Shown here: positions 1 through 13,300 of the stretch, in pieces | Layout: every line of letters begins with the position of its first letter | Numbering within the stretch: the stretch's first letter is position 1 | Assembly (NCBI RefSeq): GCF_963921235.1 | Contig: NC_086100.1 | Span: forward strand, 201,254,001 to 201,318,000 | Length of the DNA: 64,000 bases | Source: Mobula hypostoma | Lineage: Eukaryota | Direction: 5' to 3' | Translations under genes and position numbers: made by a program | Notes under the pieces: model-generated | What the model was told of the DNA's origin: nothing | Databases searched by the model: none | The model's input: only the letters and a program-made list of their open reading frames with translations

Positions 1-84
1 AGATTCCTGGGGAAAAGGCAGAGCTGGAGACTGGAACTCCCAGGACCTCAGAAGAAGTGATAAAAGAACTGGAAGGGGGCTTAG

Positions 85-205
85 TGAGATGTGTTGCTGC
101 CTCAGGTTTCCAGTAACCCAGGTCCAATCCTTAGCTCGAGTACTGTCTGTGTGGAGTTTGCATGATCTTCCTGTGACCGTGTGGCTCTCCTCCCGACATT
201 CCAGT
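85..205 (+). mobile_element. Degraded HE1/V-type SINE fragment
   Basis: gtgtggagtttgcatg.tctt.ctgtgaccgtgtgg core; boundaries approximate. Confidence 0.55.
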
Positions 206-569
206 TTTTCCAGAGTTGGGAGAGGTTTAAGGTAAGAAGACCGAGGGACACATCTCTCACCCAGGGGGTGTTCCATATGGAACAAGCTGCCAGAGGAAAT
301 GGCAGTTACTTTAACCACACTGAGAAGACGCTCAGAGAGTGCATGTGCAGCAAGGGATTAGTGCAGACAGAGCAAACGCAGGCAAATTGCAATGGCTTTA
401 GATAGGCACCTTGGTTGGCATGCACCATTGAGCTGAACAGCCTCTTCCTGTCCTGTGTGACTCCCACATCCCGGAGACTTGAGTTGATCCTGTTCCTTGG
501 GGGCCGTTTCCTCCAGTCTGTCTGTGATGCGAATGCCATCTGACCAACATTGTGTGCACCATCTCCAAC

Positions 570-1140
570 AGGCTCATGTTCAAAGTCAATTTATTACATA
601 TGCCACCATATACAACCCTGAGGTTCATTTTCTTGTGGGCATACTCAATAAATCCATAGAATAATAACCATAGCAGAATCAACGGAAGACCAGTGCAGAA
701 GACAACAAACTGTGCAATTACAAAAGAAAGAAATAATGATAGTAAATAAATAATCAACAAATATTGAGAACATGAGATGAAGAATCTTTGGAAGTGAGTC
801 CATTAGTTGTGGGAACAATTTAATGATGGGACAAGTGAAGTTATCACTTTGGTTCAAAAGCCTGATGATTGAAGGGTTATAACTGTTCCTGAATCTGGTG
901 GTGTGAGTCCTGAGGCTCCTGTACCTCCTTCCTGATGGCAGCAGTGAGAAGAGAGCTTGTCCTGGTGATGGGGGTCTCTGATGACGGATGCTGCTTTCCT
1001 GTGACAGTGTTTCATGCAGGAGGCACTCAGTGATTGGGAGGGTTTTACTGATGATGGACTGAGCCGTATCCACTACTTTTGGAGGATTTGCCAGTCAAGG
1101 CATTGGTGTTTCCCTACCAGACTGTGACGCAGCCAGTCAT
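570..1140 (-). mobile_element. Rex1/Babar-type LINE 3' fragment
   Basis: Translation [38 protein letters not shown] is the typical Rex1 C-terminus; boundaries approximate. Confidence 0.75.
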
Positions 1141-3080
1141 GGGAAGTTAGAGGATTGGAAAGCTTCTAGAAACCAACAAAAGACAACCAAAAAAATCCGT
1201 AAAGAGATAAAAGATTAAATATGAAGGGAAACTAGCCAGTAATATAGAAGAAGAAACAAGAAGTTTTTCAGATATGAAAGAGACGAAAGTCAGTATCAGA
1301 CCACTGGAACACGACAATGGAGATATAATAATGTGGGACAAAGAAATGGCAGATGAACTGAACAAGTAATTTGCATCAGTCTTCATAGTGGAGGACACAT
1401 TCTAGAGCGTCAGGGGCAGAAGTGAATGTCTTTGCTATTACTAAAGAGAAGGTGCTTGGGAAGATGTTGGAGTCTATTATATAGGTTTTAGAGTACTTGG
1501 AGGCACATGGTTTCTTTAAGGGAAAATCTTGCCTGACAAATCGGTTGGAAACCTTTGAGGAAATAACAAGCAGGATACACAAAGGAGAGTCAGTTGATGT
1601 TGTTTATTTGGATTTTAAAAAGGCCTTTGATAAGGTGCCGCACATGAGGCTGCTTAACAAGATAAGAGCCCATGGTATTACAGGAAAGATACTAGCATGG
1701 ATAGAAAATTGACTGACTGGCAGGAGGCAAAGATAAGAATAGAGAGAGCCTTTTTTGGTTGGCTGCCGGTGATTAATGGTTTGCTGCAGGGGTCTGTGCT
1801 GGGACCACTTCTATTCACATTAAGTGTCAATGATTTGGATGAAGGAATTGATGGCTCTGTGACCAAGTTTGCAAACACGATGAAGGTAGGTGGAGGGGCA
1901 GGTAGTGTTGAGGGAGCAGGGTGTCTACAGAAGTTGGACAGATTAGGAGAATGGGCAAAGGAGTGATTGATGGAATACAGTGTTGGGAAGTGCACGGTCA
2001 TGCACTTTGGCAGAAAGAATAAAGGCATGGACTATTTTATAAATAGGGAGAAAATTCAAAAATCAGTCACGTAAAGGGACTTGAAGTCCTCACAGGATTC
2101 CCTAAAGTTTAACTTGCAGGTTGTAAGAAAGGCAAATGCAATGTCAACATTCATTTGAAGTGACTAGAATACAAAAACCAGGATGTGGGGTTGAGGCAGC
2201 ATGGAGTATCCTGACCAGTTTTGGACCCTTAGCTCAGAAAAGATGTTCTGGCACTGGAGAGGGTACAGAGGAGATTGACAAGAATGATCCTAGGAATGAA
2301 AGGATTAACAAATGAGGAGTGTTTGATGGCTCAGGGCCAGTACTCGCTGGAGTTTAGAAGAATGAGGGGAGATCTCATCGAAACCAATCGAATATTGAAA
2401 GGCCAAGATTGAGTAGATGTGGAGAAAAACTTTCCTGCAGAGGGGGAGAATAGGACAAGAGGGCCTGGCCTCCAAACTGAGGAATATCCTTTTAGAACAG
2501 AAATGAGGAAGAATTTATTTAGCAAGAATGTGGTGAATCTTTGGAATTCATTGCCCCAGATTGTCATGGTCCCTTCTGGCAATCCCCCACCATTTGCCTC
2601 AAGATTTGGGCCTCAATCACCTCATTTAGATTCCAATCATTCCCAGGTATCACTAACTACATGCACCTGCTTCCCATCAAACGGCAGGATAAAAACCCTG
2701 TGACCACAGCAAGAAGCTGCCAGTTCGTTGGTCAACTCTTGTGAGAGTAAACCTTGTTTCCTATTCCTGAGAACTGTTAGTTCTAAGCTTCGCATCATCT
2801 CCTGGATATCAGCTCCCTGTTCGCGGAGGGACTACGCCTAACGACTCTGCCTCAGCATCTGTGTCCTGCACTTGGGTTCGTCCCCACCCACGTCCTTGCA
2901 ACACAGATAGCTATACAGCCCAAGACATTGGTATATTTAAGGTGGATGTTGATAAGTTCTTGATTAATCAGGGTGTCAAAGGTAGAATAAGGGGATTGAG
3001 AGGGATAATAAATCAGCCATTATGGAATGGCAAAGCAGATTTGATGGGCTGAGTGGCCTAATTCTGCTCTTATGTCTTGC
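1141..3080 (+). mobile_element. Degraded CR1 LINE (ORF2 RT to 3' UTR), interrupted by a solo LTR
   Basis: [36 protein letters not shown] motifs; CR1 3' tail near 3050. Confidence 0.9.
2562..2903 (+). mobile_element. Solo LTR (342 bp), TG...CA, 5-bp TSD CAGAT
   Basis: CAGAT|TGTCATGG...TGCAACA|CAGAT; the CR1 sequence resumes on both sides; strand tentative. Confidence 0.8.
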
Positions 3081-3419
3081 ATCTAACCTGGAAATATATC
3101 ACCAATCACCAATTCACACTAGACTCTGGGTGTGAATCATGCAGCTCCAACCCCACTCTCACCTGTACCTGCCTCGTGTGAGCATTTGTGTCATGAGGAA
3201 AGATCCAGCAGACTCGACTTGTAACTCTGCAGTTTCAAGGAAAGGGAGGCCATTTGCGTATTGAGGCAGTTCTCAACTTTCTACAGGAAATGAAACTGGG
3301 CAGGAGGTGGAATTGTCAGTAGGGAAAATTTTGGAAATGGTGACTAAAGTTCTGTGACTTTCAAGGTACTGAAGGAAATGAGCAAGGTACTGAACTGAAA
3401 GAAGGTTACTTTCAACAGT

Positions 3420-3885
3420 AACACACAAAAATGCTGGAGGAACTCAGCAGGTCAGGCTGCATCTCTGGAGAGGAGTGAAGAGTTGACATTTTGGGCTGAG
3501 ACCTTTCATCGGGACTACAACGGGGCTAAAGCCAGAATAAGAAAGTGGGGCAAGGGTGGAAAGGGGTACAAGCTGATGGCTAATAGGTGAATCCAGCTGA
3601 GAGGGGGGTGATAGCTGGGGAGGCAGTAGTTCCCTCACTAAGGACAGTGTAGGACTTTAGGTGGTGCTGAGGAAGGAGGCATGGGGAAGATGTAACATCT
3701 GGGATGTGCCCAGTGGTGGAACCCCATAGAATGACCGAAGTTGCACAGAATAAACACGAGATTCTGCAGATGCTGGAAATCCAGAGCAACACATACAGAA
3801 CACAGGAGGAACTCAGCAGGCCAGGCAGTTTCTATGCAGAGGAGTAAAGAGTCAATGTTTTGGGCTAAAGCCCTTCATCAGAAAA
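3420..3885 (-). mobile_element. Penelope-like pLTR fragments (two, degraded hammerhead motifs)
   Basis: aacacacaaaatgctggaggaactcagcaggycaggc repeat at about 3420 and about 3790, same family as 11596-12232. Confidence 0.65.
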
Positions 3886-4231
3886 TTATACTGACTGTCC
3901 CTAAGTATTCTGGCTCCTTCACCCTTTGCTCACAGTATGTGCAAAGTGGAGTCAAGTAGATTTTTGGTCTACAAAAGTTGAGAGTTAGAGGACAGGGGGG
4001 AAGAGTGGAATTGAGGCCAATTCCTGCAGGTCTGTGATACTGAATGGTATAGGAGGTGAATGAGGCTGTGTGAGAATCTCCTGTTCCCTCTTACCTCTCC
4101 TGTGGATGCAGAGAGCTGAGAGGGATGGTGGGACAGTGAGATGGCAGTCAGGCTTGTGGGGCAGGGAATGTTGGGAGAAGTGGGACAGACCAAATCTTGA
4201 AATCAAGTCCAGTCACTTGGTTGTTTTTCAG

Positions 4232-4303
4232 TACCTGAAAGAGAAGAAAAATAATGAAGCTGTGGTGAAGAGGATGGTCAACATTGCAAACATGATAGAC
4301 GTG
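4232..4303 (+). CDS. ADAM exon (metalloprotease N-part) [24 protein letters not shown]
   Basis: ttgtttttcag| ... GTG|gtgagt; 72 nt, phase 0/0. Confidence 0.85.
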
Positions 4304-7300
4304 GTGAGTGAGTGAAATACGTGCTCCCAGAGTAATCAAGCTCCAAAAACACTGCAGTAATGAAGCTGCCTGCCCACCTCGGTCAGAACAAAACCAACAT
4401 TCAGAGAAGATGCTCACAACGCTCCATCTCTCCTGGTGATTACATTACATAGAGCACAACGCCTTACAGCACCCCGGTTCAATTCCCACCACTGCCTGTA
4501 AGTAGTTGGCACCTTCTCCCCGCGATCACGTGGGTTTCCTCCGGGTGCTCCGGTTTCCTCCCACAGTCCAAAAATGTACCGGTTGGTAGGTTAATTGGTC
4601 ATTGTAAATTGTCCCGTGATGAGGGTAGGGTTAAATTGGGGGTTGCTAAGGTGACGTAGTTCAAAGGGCCAGGAGGGCTCGTTCTGTGCGTTTTCTCTAA
4701 ATAAGTTTCTTTTCTCAGAAGCTTGTGAATTCCCTGGCCTGAGGGGGTAGAGAGTAGATCATTGTATATACTTGGGGTGGGGAGAAGTCTCAGAAAGATG
4801 GTGGAATTGAGTTATGGGAAATGCAGACCGCTGAAGCTTCAATCCATTTGGTGTCACTCTACTGTACAGTTCAGTGAATAATCCCTCAGTTCCAGCTGGA
4901 TCAGACGACCTGTACCTCACTCTTCACCCTTCTGCAGTATTACAGACAACTGAACATCCGGATTGCTCTGATTGGAGTCGAGGTGTGGACAATAGACCAA
5001 ATCACAGTGGACAGAGATCCTCAGAAAACTCTGCCCCGCTTCCTTGACTGGAGAAAGAACAAGCTGCTCCCACGCAAGTACAATGACAACGCACAGCTCA
5101 TCATGTGAGTAGCGCACACCAGCTCTCGCAACACAAACTCACCCTGTTACCTCAATTTGTTCCTTCATGTGTTCATTCAATACAGAATATTACAACACAC
5201 TACGGGCACTCTGGTCCACCCTTTAGCTTACTCCAAGATCAATCCAACCCTTCCCTCCAACATAACCCTCCATTCTTCTATCGCTAAAAGTTACATAGAT
5301 ATCTCTAATGTATCTGCCTTGGCCACTACCCATGACAGGGTGTTCCACACCCCTGCCACTCTCTGTGTGTATATGAAAACACTGCCTCTGACATCCCCCA
5401 ATTTTATCCATTCACCTTAAATGCTGGCCTCTGCTCTCCTCCATTTCTGCCCTGGAAAAAGTCTTGGCTGCTCACTCCAACTATGCCTCTCATTATCTCG
5501 TACAGTACCCTCCCTCTACTCACCCTTTCATCTTCCTTCACTTCAAAGAGAAAATCTCTAGCTTGTTCAGCTTAGCCTCGTAAGACATAATGTACCCTCT
5601 AATCCAAACAGCATACTGGTGAATCCCCTCTGCACCCTCTCTCAAGCTTACAAGCTCACCCTTTCTAGAGCTGCAACATCACCTCATGGCTTTGAAGTCA
5701 ATCCCCTGACTAATGAAGGCCAGTGCACCGTACACCTTCTAAACCAGCTTGTCAACTTACAACTTGTGAGGGATCTATGGACATAGACCCAAAGACCCCT
5801 CTGGTCATCAGCACTGCCAAATATACTGCCATTAACCCTGTATTATGCCTTCTAATTTCACCTTCCAGAAATGGGTTGACAGCTGGGAGATCCCGTTTCT
5901 TCTGGCGGATGAAGCATAGGTGCTTGGTGAAGAGTAAAATAAGGAGTAAAAATCTTTATGTTATGTCTCTGCCTAAATGTGCCATGTGCAATCATATTAA
6001 TTTATAATAATTTATAATAAATAGAAGGTGTGGGCACTTGGCCAAGTGGTTAAGGCATTGGACTAGCGACCTGAAGGTCGTGAGTTCGAGCCCCAGCCGA
6101 GGCAACGTGTTGTGTCCTTGAGCAAGGCACTTAATCACACATTGCTCTGCGACGACACCGGTGCCAAGCTGTATGGGTCCTAATGCCCTTCCCTTGGACA
6201 ACATCAATGTCGTGGAGAGCGGAGACTTGCAGCATGGGCAACTGCCGGTCTTCCATACAACCTTGCCCAGGCCTGCGCCCTGGAGAGTGAAGACTTCCCA
6301 GGTGCAGATCTATGGTCTCTCAAGACTAATGGATGCCTTAATAAATAGAAGAGACAATGCAATAGAAATACACTCAAATGAGTGTGAGTTAATCAATTTG
6401 ATGGCCTGGCGGAAGGAGCTGTCTCACAGCCTGTTGGTCCTAGCTTTTTTGTTGCGGTACTGTTGCGGTGGTAGTAGCTGCTGTAAGATGTCCAATATAT
6501 CAACTCCACTTGTTCTTGCTGATTTCCAGGGTTCAGCATGCCTAGCAAGGTCCAATAAAATCTCTCGGGCTGGGGAGTACCCTGCGGGTGATAAGGAGTA
6601 GTTCTCGACTCCAAGCATGCTCAGTAACTCATGGATGAGCCTACTCTCAAAATCCCGTGCCTTATGACTATCTATCTGCCTGGGGAGGCGATAATAAATA
6701 AAATACTTCTCCCATAACTCTTTGGCCACCATGGACACCCTCGGATCTTTGGTCGGGAAATCAACTTGCAGCACCCTTCAACCTCTGGCTTCATTCAGGG
6801 CCAGTAAAACCAATCTTTGAGCAATCCATAGGTCTTTTCAACCCCCAAATGTCCAGAATCATCATGAAGTGACTTCAACACAATCCTCTGATACTTCTCC
6901 AGCAGAACCAGCTGTGAACGCTGAGGCTGGTCTGGAGGCGACATGACCCGGTACAGGATCTGGTTCCAATCTGGGCCATCCTCTCAGTAACAGAGGCACC
7001 TCAACATGTTTCATCTTTGCAGTTTGGGCCATTTTCAACCACTGACCAAACGGTACCAATGCCCAGGTCATCGCACTGAGCAGCTGCCACTTCCCCAGGA
7101 CTTAATTCCGGCAACTAGTTTGTCTTCAGAGCAGTCAGGTTACAGTAAGCTTGTGGAATGGGACCATCGGAAGCTCCCAATTGATCTAACTCTCGATCGT
7201 GCCCCTGTCTTTCCTCTGCCTTCACCATGATGAAAAATTGGCACATGGCTTTTACTCCTGGGGCAGGAACGCTCTCCCACTCTCCGTCCCTGTCCAGCCC

Positions 7301-10300
7301 TTCATGTGCATGTCGGGACAAAGTGTCAGCATCAATGTTCCTGCTTCCAGCCAGTACTTCAGGCTGAAATCATAGGCAGGCAACGATGGCCTGTGGCATC
7401 CAATTTCCCCAAGGTCAGAATATAAGTTGGGGATTGTTATCACTCCTCACCACAAACTTGACACCATAGAGGTAGTCACTCAGCTTATCCACCACAACCC
7501 ATTTCAATGCCAGAAACTCTAACTTGTGCATGAGATAGTTTTTCTCAGACTCTGGCTGACAGCCACAACAGGACTCAACCCAGTGCCCTGATCCTGATAC
7601 AGGACACTCACTAAGCCTCTCTGCTGGCATTCGTATGCAGTATGTTATGTACTCCTGGGGTTCATATTTTCTGCGGACTGTCACTTTAAAACGTCAGGAG
7701 AATGAGACTGGCTTTTGGACACTGTTTGAGCTGTTACAGAGAGAGAGGGTCGAAGCCTGCCTTCCAGATGGTGTGTATACAAATTCTAAAGTGTGTTTAC
7801 ACTTAAGCAAGGACGCTGCCTGCTTGTGAGTTCTTGCAGAGAGAGAGGGGGGGGGAGCAACGAGCAGCTCGTAGCTCGTGAGTCGTCATGGTGACCGAGG
7901 GTGGCGTTATGTGATGGACAGCGGGTGCTCAGTATGCTGAGATAAATACAAGGTCAGCTGGTTGTTAGACACACACACACATGGATTTGGACACTGGATG
8001 GGCTTTGTGTGCCCACAGAAAGGTGGGTTTTGGAGCATCAATTGGGAGAATCAATCAATGGCTCTCGCAGTGTGACCAGTGGGAAGTTATCAGTGTGTCC
8101 CACCCTTGCCTGGGTTGATAACTTTACCACAGAAGACGGTCTCCTTTTTGTGGTCACATTCGATGACTTTAAAAGAAGAGAAGAGAGGAGAGGAAGATTT
8201 GAAACAGAAGAAACCTAGTGACAAAGAGATCACTGTTTGGACTCTCTCTCTAAGTAGCCCGTAAGGGTGAGTTTGACTTCTATTCGAATACGAAGGTGTG
8301 ACAGTCACGTAGTTAATCCACAAGAGTGGGTTCTCTGGTGAGGGGAGTACCTTTGTGAATACCACTTGTGTGTTACCCTCTTTTGGGTGTGGTAGTTCAC
8401 TGAAGAAAGGATCCCCTGTGGCAAATTACTGTTGGAGTTATTTCGTATGTTGTGGAACTGGATAAGTGGCGATCACGTTGTGTGTTTAGGGTAACCTGTG
8501 GAATCTACCGGTGTGTCGACTCTTGCCTGGGTGGTGGTTCCCTTGAAGAGGGTCCCCTTTGTGATAAGCTATTGTTGGTGATAATCCATACATGGATTCT
8601 GTTTGAGTATCTTGTGGCCACCACTTTGGAATGACCTGTAGCTGAATTTGGGTGTGGTACCACTTGTGTTGAAAGGATATTCGTTGAAGATCACTGTCGG
8701 TGATATTTTGTGTGTGGAGTGGAACAACTTTGGAGATAAAACCTACTACTATTGTTATTTTGTATTGCTGTCGTGGAATCTGTGGAATATCGATGTAATT
8801 GCCTTCTCACAACATTCGCCTTTTGGATTACAAATATCTCTCATTAATTAACCTGAGCATTGAACTGAACTATTTTACATTCCATCGTAAGACTGTATCC
8901 AATTACCACCTAAGCTTGAAGAAGCTTGGTTTTTACATTTCCACGCTTGTATGTGCATAGGTTCTGCTAACCTGTTTGATTTATCTGGTTTTATATTATT
9001 GTATTGCATAGTTACTAATAAAAATAGCATTAGTTAAAAGCAATACCAGACTACAGGTGTCTTCCATTTCTGCTGGTTCTTTAAACCCACTACGGGGTAT
9101 GTAACAAGTCCATATGGCAATTGGGGATCTAAATAAAGTTTAAAAGATGCTGGCCCATCTAAACAAAGATGGGCCAGCATCTCCTTCAACAACTGAAAAG
9201 CCTCTTCATATTTTTCATCCCACCTCACTCCAAAAGGCTCAGAAGTGCTAAGATACACTTTACCCTCCTTTCCTTTTTCCCTCCTCTCTTTATTCCCTGA
9301 GGGAGGGTAACTACACAGAAGCTGATTCAACAGGTGACTCACTTTTGCATAGCCCTTCATGAACCTCCGATGGTAACCACAGAACCCAAGGTCCAAGCGC
9401 AAGGAGCCTTGGCCATGTGGTCACTGCCTCTAGCTTAGACAGATCTGTAGCTACTCCATCCCGTGAGACTACGTGCCCAGCATAGCTGACAGATGTCTTG
9501 CAGAACTGGCAGATGTCCAGGGAAAGTTTTAACCCTTTGGCTTTCAAATGGCCTAGCACCTTCAGTAGCCTCGCCTCATGTTCCTCCAAGGTGGACCCAA
9601 ACACTGTGAGGTCATCCAGATACATTAATAACTCAAGCAAGTTCATGTTACCCACTGTTTTCTCCATTACATGCTGGAGGGTCGCGGGGGCTCCCAATAT
9701 GCCTTGAGGCATCTTTTCAAACTGGAAGAATCCCAGTGATGTTTTCTCTTTGTTGGCCTCACTCATGGGGATCTGATCATGTCTACTCCTCAAGTCCAGC
9801 ACACTGAACCACTTCGCACCACTCAGACAGACCAATGCATCTTCAATACTTGGCCAAAAACTACAGTCAAAGGGTCTCGGCCCGAAATGTCAACTACACT
9901 TTTTTTCCATAGATGCTGCCTGGCCTGCTGAGTTCCTCCAGCAATTTGTGTGGGCTGCTCAATGTTTTAGAAACAGCTTCTTCCCCTCACCATCAGATTT
10001 CTGAATGAACAATGAATTCATGAACATTACCTCACTACTTTTTCTCTTTTTGCACTGCTTAATTTTGTAATTTAGTTTTTAATTTTGCAATGTACTGCTG
10101 CCATGAAACAACAAATTTTATGACATAGTCAAAGGATTCAAAGCACAAAGTGCATATGCAGTACACAACCCTGAGATCCGTCTTCCCCACAGACAGCCCC
10201 GAAACAAGGAAACCATAGAACCCATCCAGTGGAAAACATCTAACCCCCGCAGGTGGCAACAAGACAAAATGAGTGAAAGCATGAAATCCAAAAGCATATT

Positions 10301-13300
10301 TCAGCATATGCCAGAAGCGTTAAATGTGATTCTGTGCTAATGTTCACTCGAATGGCCCACAGTGTCTGAAACGAATTCCACCTGTCTGCACATGGTCCAT
10401 ATCTCTTCTCTGCTTGACGTTGATGTACCTGCCTGAATGCAGCACACTGTGTAATGGTGATTTCTCTTTGACAGCGGCAGTACCTTTACAGGGGAAGCTG
10501 TAGGCTTGGCATCACTTAGCACCATCTGTCTGGCCCAAGGATCAGGAGGAATAAACCAGGTGAGCAGCCATTGTTTCTGATGACCTCTGCGCCAGGGTCC
10601 TTGGTCAACCAGACAGATCAGAATGTGGTAGTGATGGCACTCAGTGAGAGAGATAACATAAGCTTTACTTGTCACATGTACATCAAAACGATCAGTGAAA
10701 TGAATCATGTCCATCAACAACCATCACGGATGGTCTGGGGACAGTCTGGTGCCATGCTTCCAGCATCTTTATAGCATTCCCACAGCTTACTGACTAACCT
10801 GAATGTGTCTGGAATGTGGAATGAAACCGGAGCGCCTGGAGGGATCCTACAAGGGGATGGGGAGAAACACACAGGCTCCTTCCAGACAGCAGCAGGGATT
10901 AATTCCCGATGGTTGGTGCCATGAACTGTCGAGCTCACTCCATGTGAGCATAGGATGGGGAAGAGAGGAAAAATCTCCTCATTTCCGAGAGAGTGGAAGG
11001 GCTAAGAGAGGGCAGGCCTTTTTCGGGAGTGCTAACAGCTTTATGTGAACCCACGAGTACATTTGCCATGGATACCATTGCCTTGTCCTCACTATGCTCT
11101 CGTGTTCTCCCAGGACACTGCCACCAACATCCTGGTGATTTCTGCTACGGTGGCCCACGAGCTCGGACACAACCTTGGACTGACTCACGACACTGTGGAA
11201 CGCAAGTGTACCTGTCCTCAAAAGGAGCCTGTCTGCATCATGGAAGAAGCAATAGGGTAGGGGGATTTCAACTCTGCAACCCTCTGTAAACCTTTCTACC
11301 TGTCTCACAGGACACTGGGAAAATCAGGATAAAAGAGGACAGACAATTAGCCAACATTAACTTTAACTTGATGTGCCATCTTCAACCATGCAGACTCCCC
11401 TCAAAACCGTTCAGGTAACGCAAGGAAATAGAACGTTCATACCACTGGTGGAATGGGAGGTGCTGTTCATTTAATTTGCTTAGTTTCTGACAGTGGTGAG
11501 GTGGTAGGTGTGGGAATAGAGTAAGGATTCTGTTAGAAACTCCTCCTTAGTGTTCACTGTGACCCCTACAGGCAAAAATACTCACCTCATGTTTTTTAGA
11601 AACGCAAACACGAGGAATTCTGCAGATGCTGGAAACTCAAACAACACACATCAAAGTTGCTGGTGAACGCAGCAGGTCAGGCAGCATCTCTAGGAAGAGG
11701 TACAGTCGACGTTTCGGGCCGAGTCCCTTCGTCAGGACTAACCTTCGGCAGAACAACAGCTTATATTCCGTCTGGGTAGCGAACAACACCTTATATTCCG
11801 TCTGAGTAGCCTCCAACCTGATGGCATGAACATTGACTTCTCTAACTTCTGCTAATGCCCCACCTCCCCCTCGTACCCCATCCGTTATTTATTTATATAC
11901 ACACATTCTTTCTCTCTCTCTCTGTCCCTCTGACTATACCCCTTGCCCATCCTCTGGGTTTTTTCTTCCCCTCCCCCTTTTCCTTCTCCCTGGGCCTCCT
12001 GTCCCATGATCCTCTCACATCCCTTTTGCCAATCACCTGTCCAGCTCTTGGCTCCATCCCTTCCCCTCCTGTCTTCTCCTATCATTTTGGATCTCCCCCC
12101 CCTTTCAAATCTCTTACTCACTCTTCTTTCAGTTAGTCCTGATGAAGGGTCTTGGCCTGAAGCGTCGACTATACCTCTTCCTAGAGATGCTGCCTGGCTT
12201 GCTGCGTTCACCAGCAACTTTGATGTGTGTTGCACCTCATGTTTTGTCCGTTAGTATTTCAGTGTTCTTCCATTCATCCCCTTGAAGGAGTCTATTTATC
12301 TTTCTCTTTAGCCTGGTGCCACCGACAGCATTCAGCAGCTGCAGCCGAGATGACTTGATGAGGACCCTGCTTTACGGAAGTGGATTTTGTCTCTTCAACA
12401 TGCCCAATATGGAGCAGCTGGTGGGAGGTCCGAAGTGTGGCAACATGTACGTGGAGAAAGGCGAGCAATGTGACTGCGGCAAGCCTGAGGTATGGAGCCG
12501 GTGCTGAGGGATCTGCTCTCTCACCCGACATTATCCGGGGCAGATGGCAACTTTGAAAACTGATTCTGAGAAGCCTTGGCAGTGACTCAGAAACTCCATT
12601 CATGTCGACGACTGTGGTCAATGACAACTAGAGAATAAGGCCTGTCAGAGACCAAGAGGAACTTGTTGTATGGGGCCACAGGAGATGGAGGATATCTCCA
12701 CTGAAAGACTTCTGACCTTTAGGTAGTTACTGGGGAGGTCCTAGGGAATAGTCTGTATTACAGCAGGAGTTTGGGGTGGGGTGTTTGTGCTATTAATAAA
12801 GAACAAAAAGGAAGCTTTGACGGTGTTTTTCATTAGGGATGCAGAATCAGAAAGGACAGCAATTACAGTCCTCAAGGTGTTGTATCTAAATGTGCGTAAT
12901 ATAAGGAATAAGGTGGATGATCTTGCAATATTACAGTTTGCCAGGTATGATGTTGTGACCATCACTGAATCATGGCTGAAGGATGGTTATAGTTGGGAGC
13001 TGAATGTCCAAGGTTACACATTATATCGGAGGGATAGGAAGGTGGGCAGAGGGGGTGGTGTGGCTCTGCTGGTAAAGAATGGCATCAAATCAGTAGAAAG
13101 ATGTGACATAGGATTGGAAGATGTTGAATCCTTGTGGGTTGAGTTAAGAAACTGCACGGGTAAAGAGACATTGATGGCAGTTATATACAGGCCTCCCAAC
13201 AGTGGCTGGGAGGTGGACCACAGGTTACAACAGGAAATAGAAAAAGCATGTCAAAAGGGCAATATTATGGTAGTTATGGGGGATTTTAACATGCAGGTTG

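Noticed and set aside
3180..3960. Candidate upstream ADAM exon (AG sites near 3232, 3286, 3935)
   Set aside because: No frame gives the expected furin site or VELVxVAD motif; the region looks like repeat debris
6028..6105. tRNA gene
   Set aside because: The A and B boxes continue into a SINE body with a tail and TSD, and three dispersed copies exist
8648..8851. Conserved small peptide (EWNNFGDKT...) repeated at 34624-34821
   Set aside because: It is shared only because both lie in copies of one LTR; there is no sign of coding constraint
6424..9835. Intact or domesticated Gypsy / endogenous retrovirus
   Set aside because: Multiple frameshifts and deletions, a split RNase H, no paired LTRs and no env
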